IMG/VR virus record: IMGVR_UViG_3300020042_002992
Coordinates: 1 to 25,839 of that record
Length of the DNA stretch: 25,839 bases
Direction: 5' to 3' (one strand)
DNA from: a virus
Taxonomy: Duplodnaviria > Caudoviricetes
This document shows, one piece after another, positions 25,230-25,839 of the stretch. Under the pieces are notes generated by a model, which had not been told where the DNA came from, did no database searches, and worked only from the letters and a program-made list of their open reading frames with translations. The position numbers and the translations under genes were made by a program. The stretch's first letter is position 1. Every line of letters starts with the position of its first letter.

Positions 25230-25839
25230 TATGCCATTATCCCACCAGTAGTTACATATACATTAGTGCCATCTGTAAAGTATGATAGTAAGTATGTACC
25301 TGCTGCTGATACTGTAGCTAAGAATGTAGTATTTACTTTTGTAGTTGCTGCTGCTGTTACAGTGTAACCACCTGTGTTTACTAATAATACATAGCCTGAT
25401 TGACCTGCTGTAATGTTAGTAAATGTAAGAGCAAATGTAGCTGTAGGGGTGCATTTAAAGTTGTTAGTAACAGACATATCAAATGATCCATCATTGTCTG
25501 TAGTCACTGTACCACGCTGTGATGCTGTCCATGTAGAAGCTGTAGCTATTGCTGCATAATCCGTTCCTGCTGTAGCAGCACTAATTGCTGTACCATTTCC
25601 TTTTAATACACCTGTAATAGATGTTGTTAATGTAATAGCTGGGGTTGTTGTAGCAGTTGCTACTGTACCTGCAAATCCATTAGCTGATACCACTGAAGCT
25701 GAAGTTACTGTACCACTTCCTTTATTATTAAAAGTAGTCCAATCAGCAGAGGATAATACACCTCTATTAGAAGCTGATGCTGTAGGTACATTTAAAGTGA
25801 TAACTGGTGTAGTAGTACCATCAGCTACTGTTGAAGTTA
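25229..25839 (-). CDS. tail fibre protein, 5'-truncated by the window edge
   Basis: The frame stays open from the window end (TSTVADGTTTPVITLNVPTASASNRGVLSSADWTTFNNKGSGTVTS...) into track ORF 25229-25693; T/A/G/S-rich. Confidence 0.7.
   Translation of the reverse strand, partial: TSTVADGTTTPVITLNVPTASASNRGVLSSADWTTFNNKGSGTVTSASVVSANGFAGTVATATTTPAITLTTSITGVLKGNGTAISAATAGTDYAAIATASTWTASQRGTVTTDNDGSFDMSVTNNFKCTPTATFALTFTNITAGQSGYVLLVNTGGYTVTAAATTKVNTTFLATVSAAGTYLLSYFTDGTNVYVTTGGIMA

Noticed and set aside
1-25839. tRNA, CRISPR array, integrase, diversity-generating retroelement, alternative genetic code
   Set aside because: I recognised no cloverleaf, repeat-spacer array, recombinase or reverse transcriptase, and genes tile densely under the standard code using all three stop codons.

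Overview
This window is a 25.8 kb, AT-rich portion of a lytic-type podovirus genome with two convergent arms that meet at a bidirectional terminator (~13205-13229). The + arm (1-13201) opens with an early region of small, often very acidic ORFs behind tandem sigma70 promoters. It continues with a T7-like replication module: separate primase and DnaB-like helicase, a family A DNA polymerase split into two genes, a putative SSB, a 5'-3' exonuclease, an HNH nuclease, a DEDD exonuclease, a DUF3310 protein and a class II (B12-dependent) ribonucleotide reductase. The - arm (13231-25839) carries tail fibre/receptor-binding genes, a lysis cassette (XhlA-like peptide, HExxH peptidase, holin, M15 endolysin), tail adaptor and nozzle, a GNAT-like protein and three ejection proteins, one with a lytic transglycosylase domain. 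I see no RNA polymerase, integrase, terminase, portal, capsid, tRNA or CRISPR in the window. The most striking observations are: (1) a 69-bp G/C-free tract inside the helicase coding sequence, bracketed by two convergent near-consensus sigma70 promoters (candidate transcription-activated origin or antisense switch); (2) a cleanly split PolA with two independent small genes between the halves and no intron or intein signature; (3) an apparently leaderless promoter for the polymerase N-half. All family assignments come from motif recognition by eye; no database search was run.
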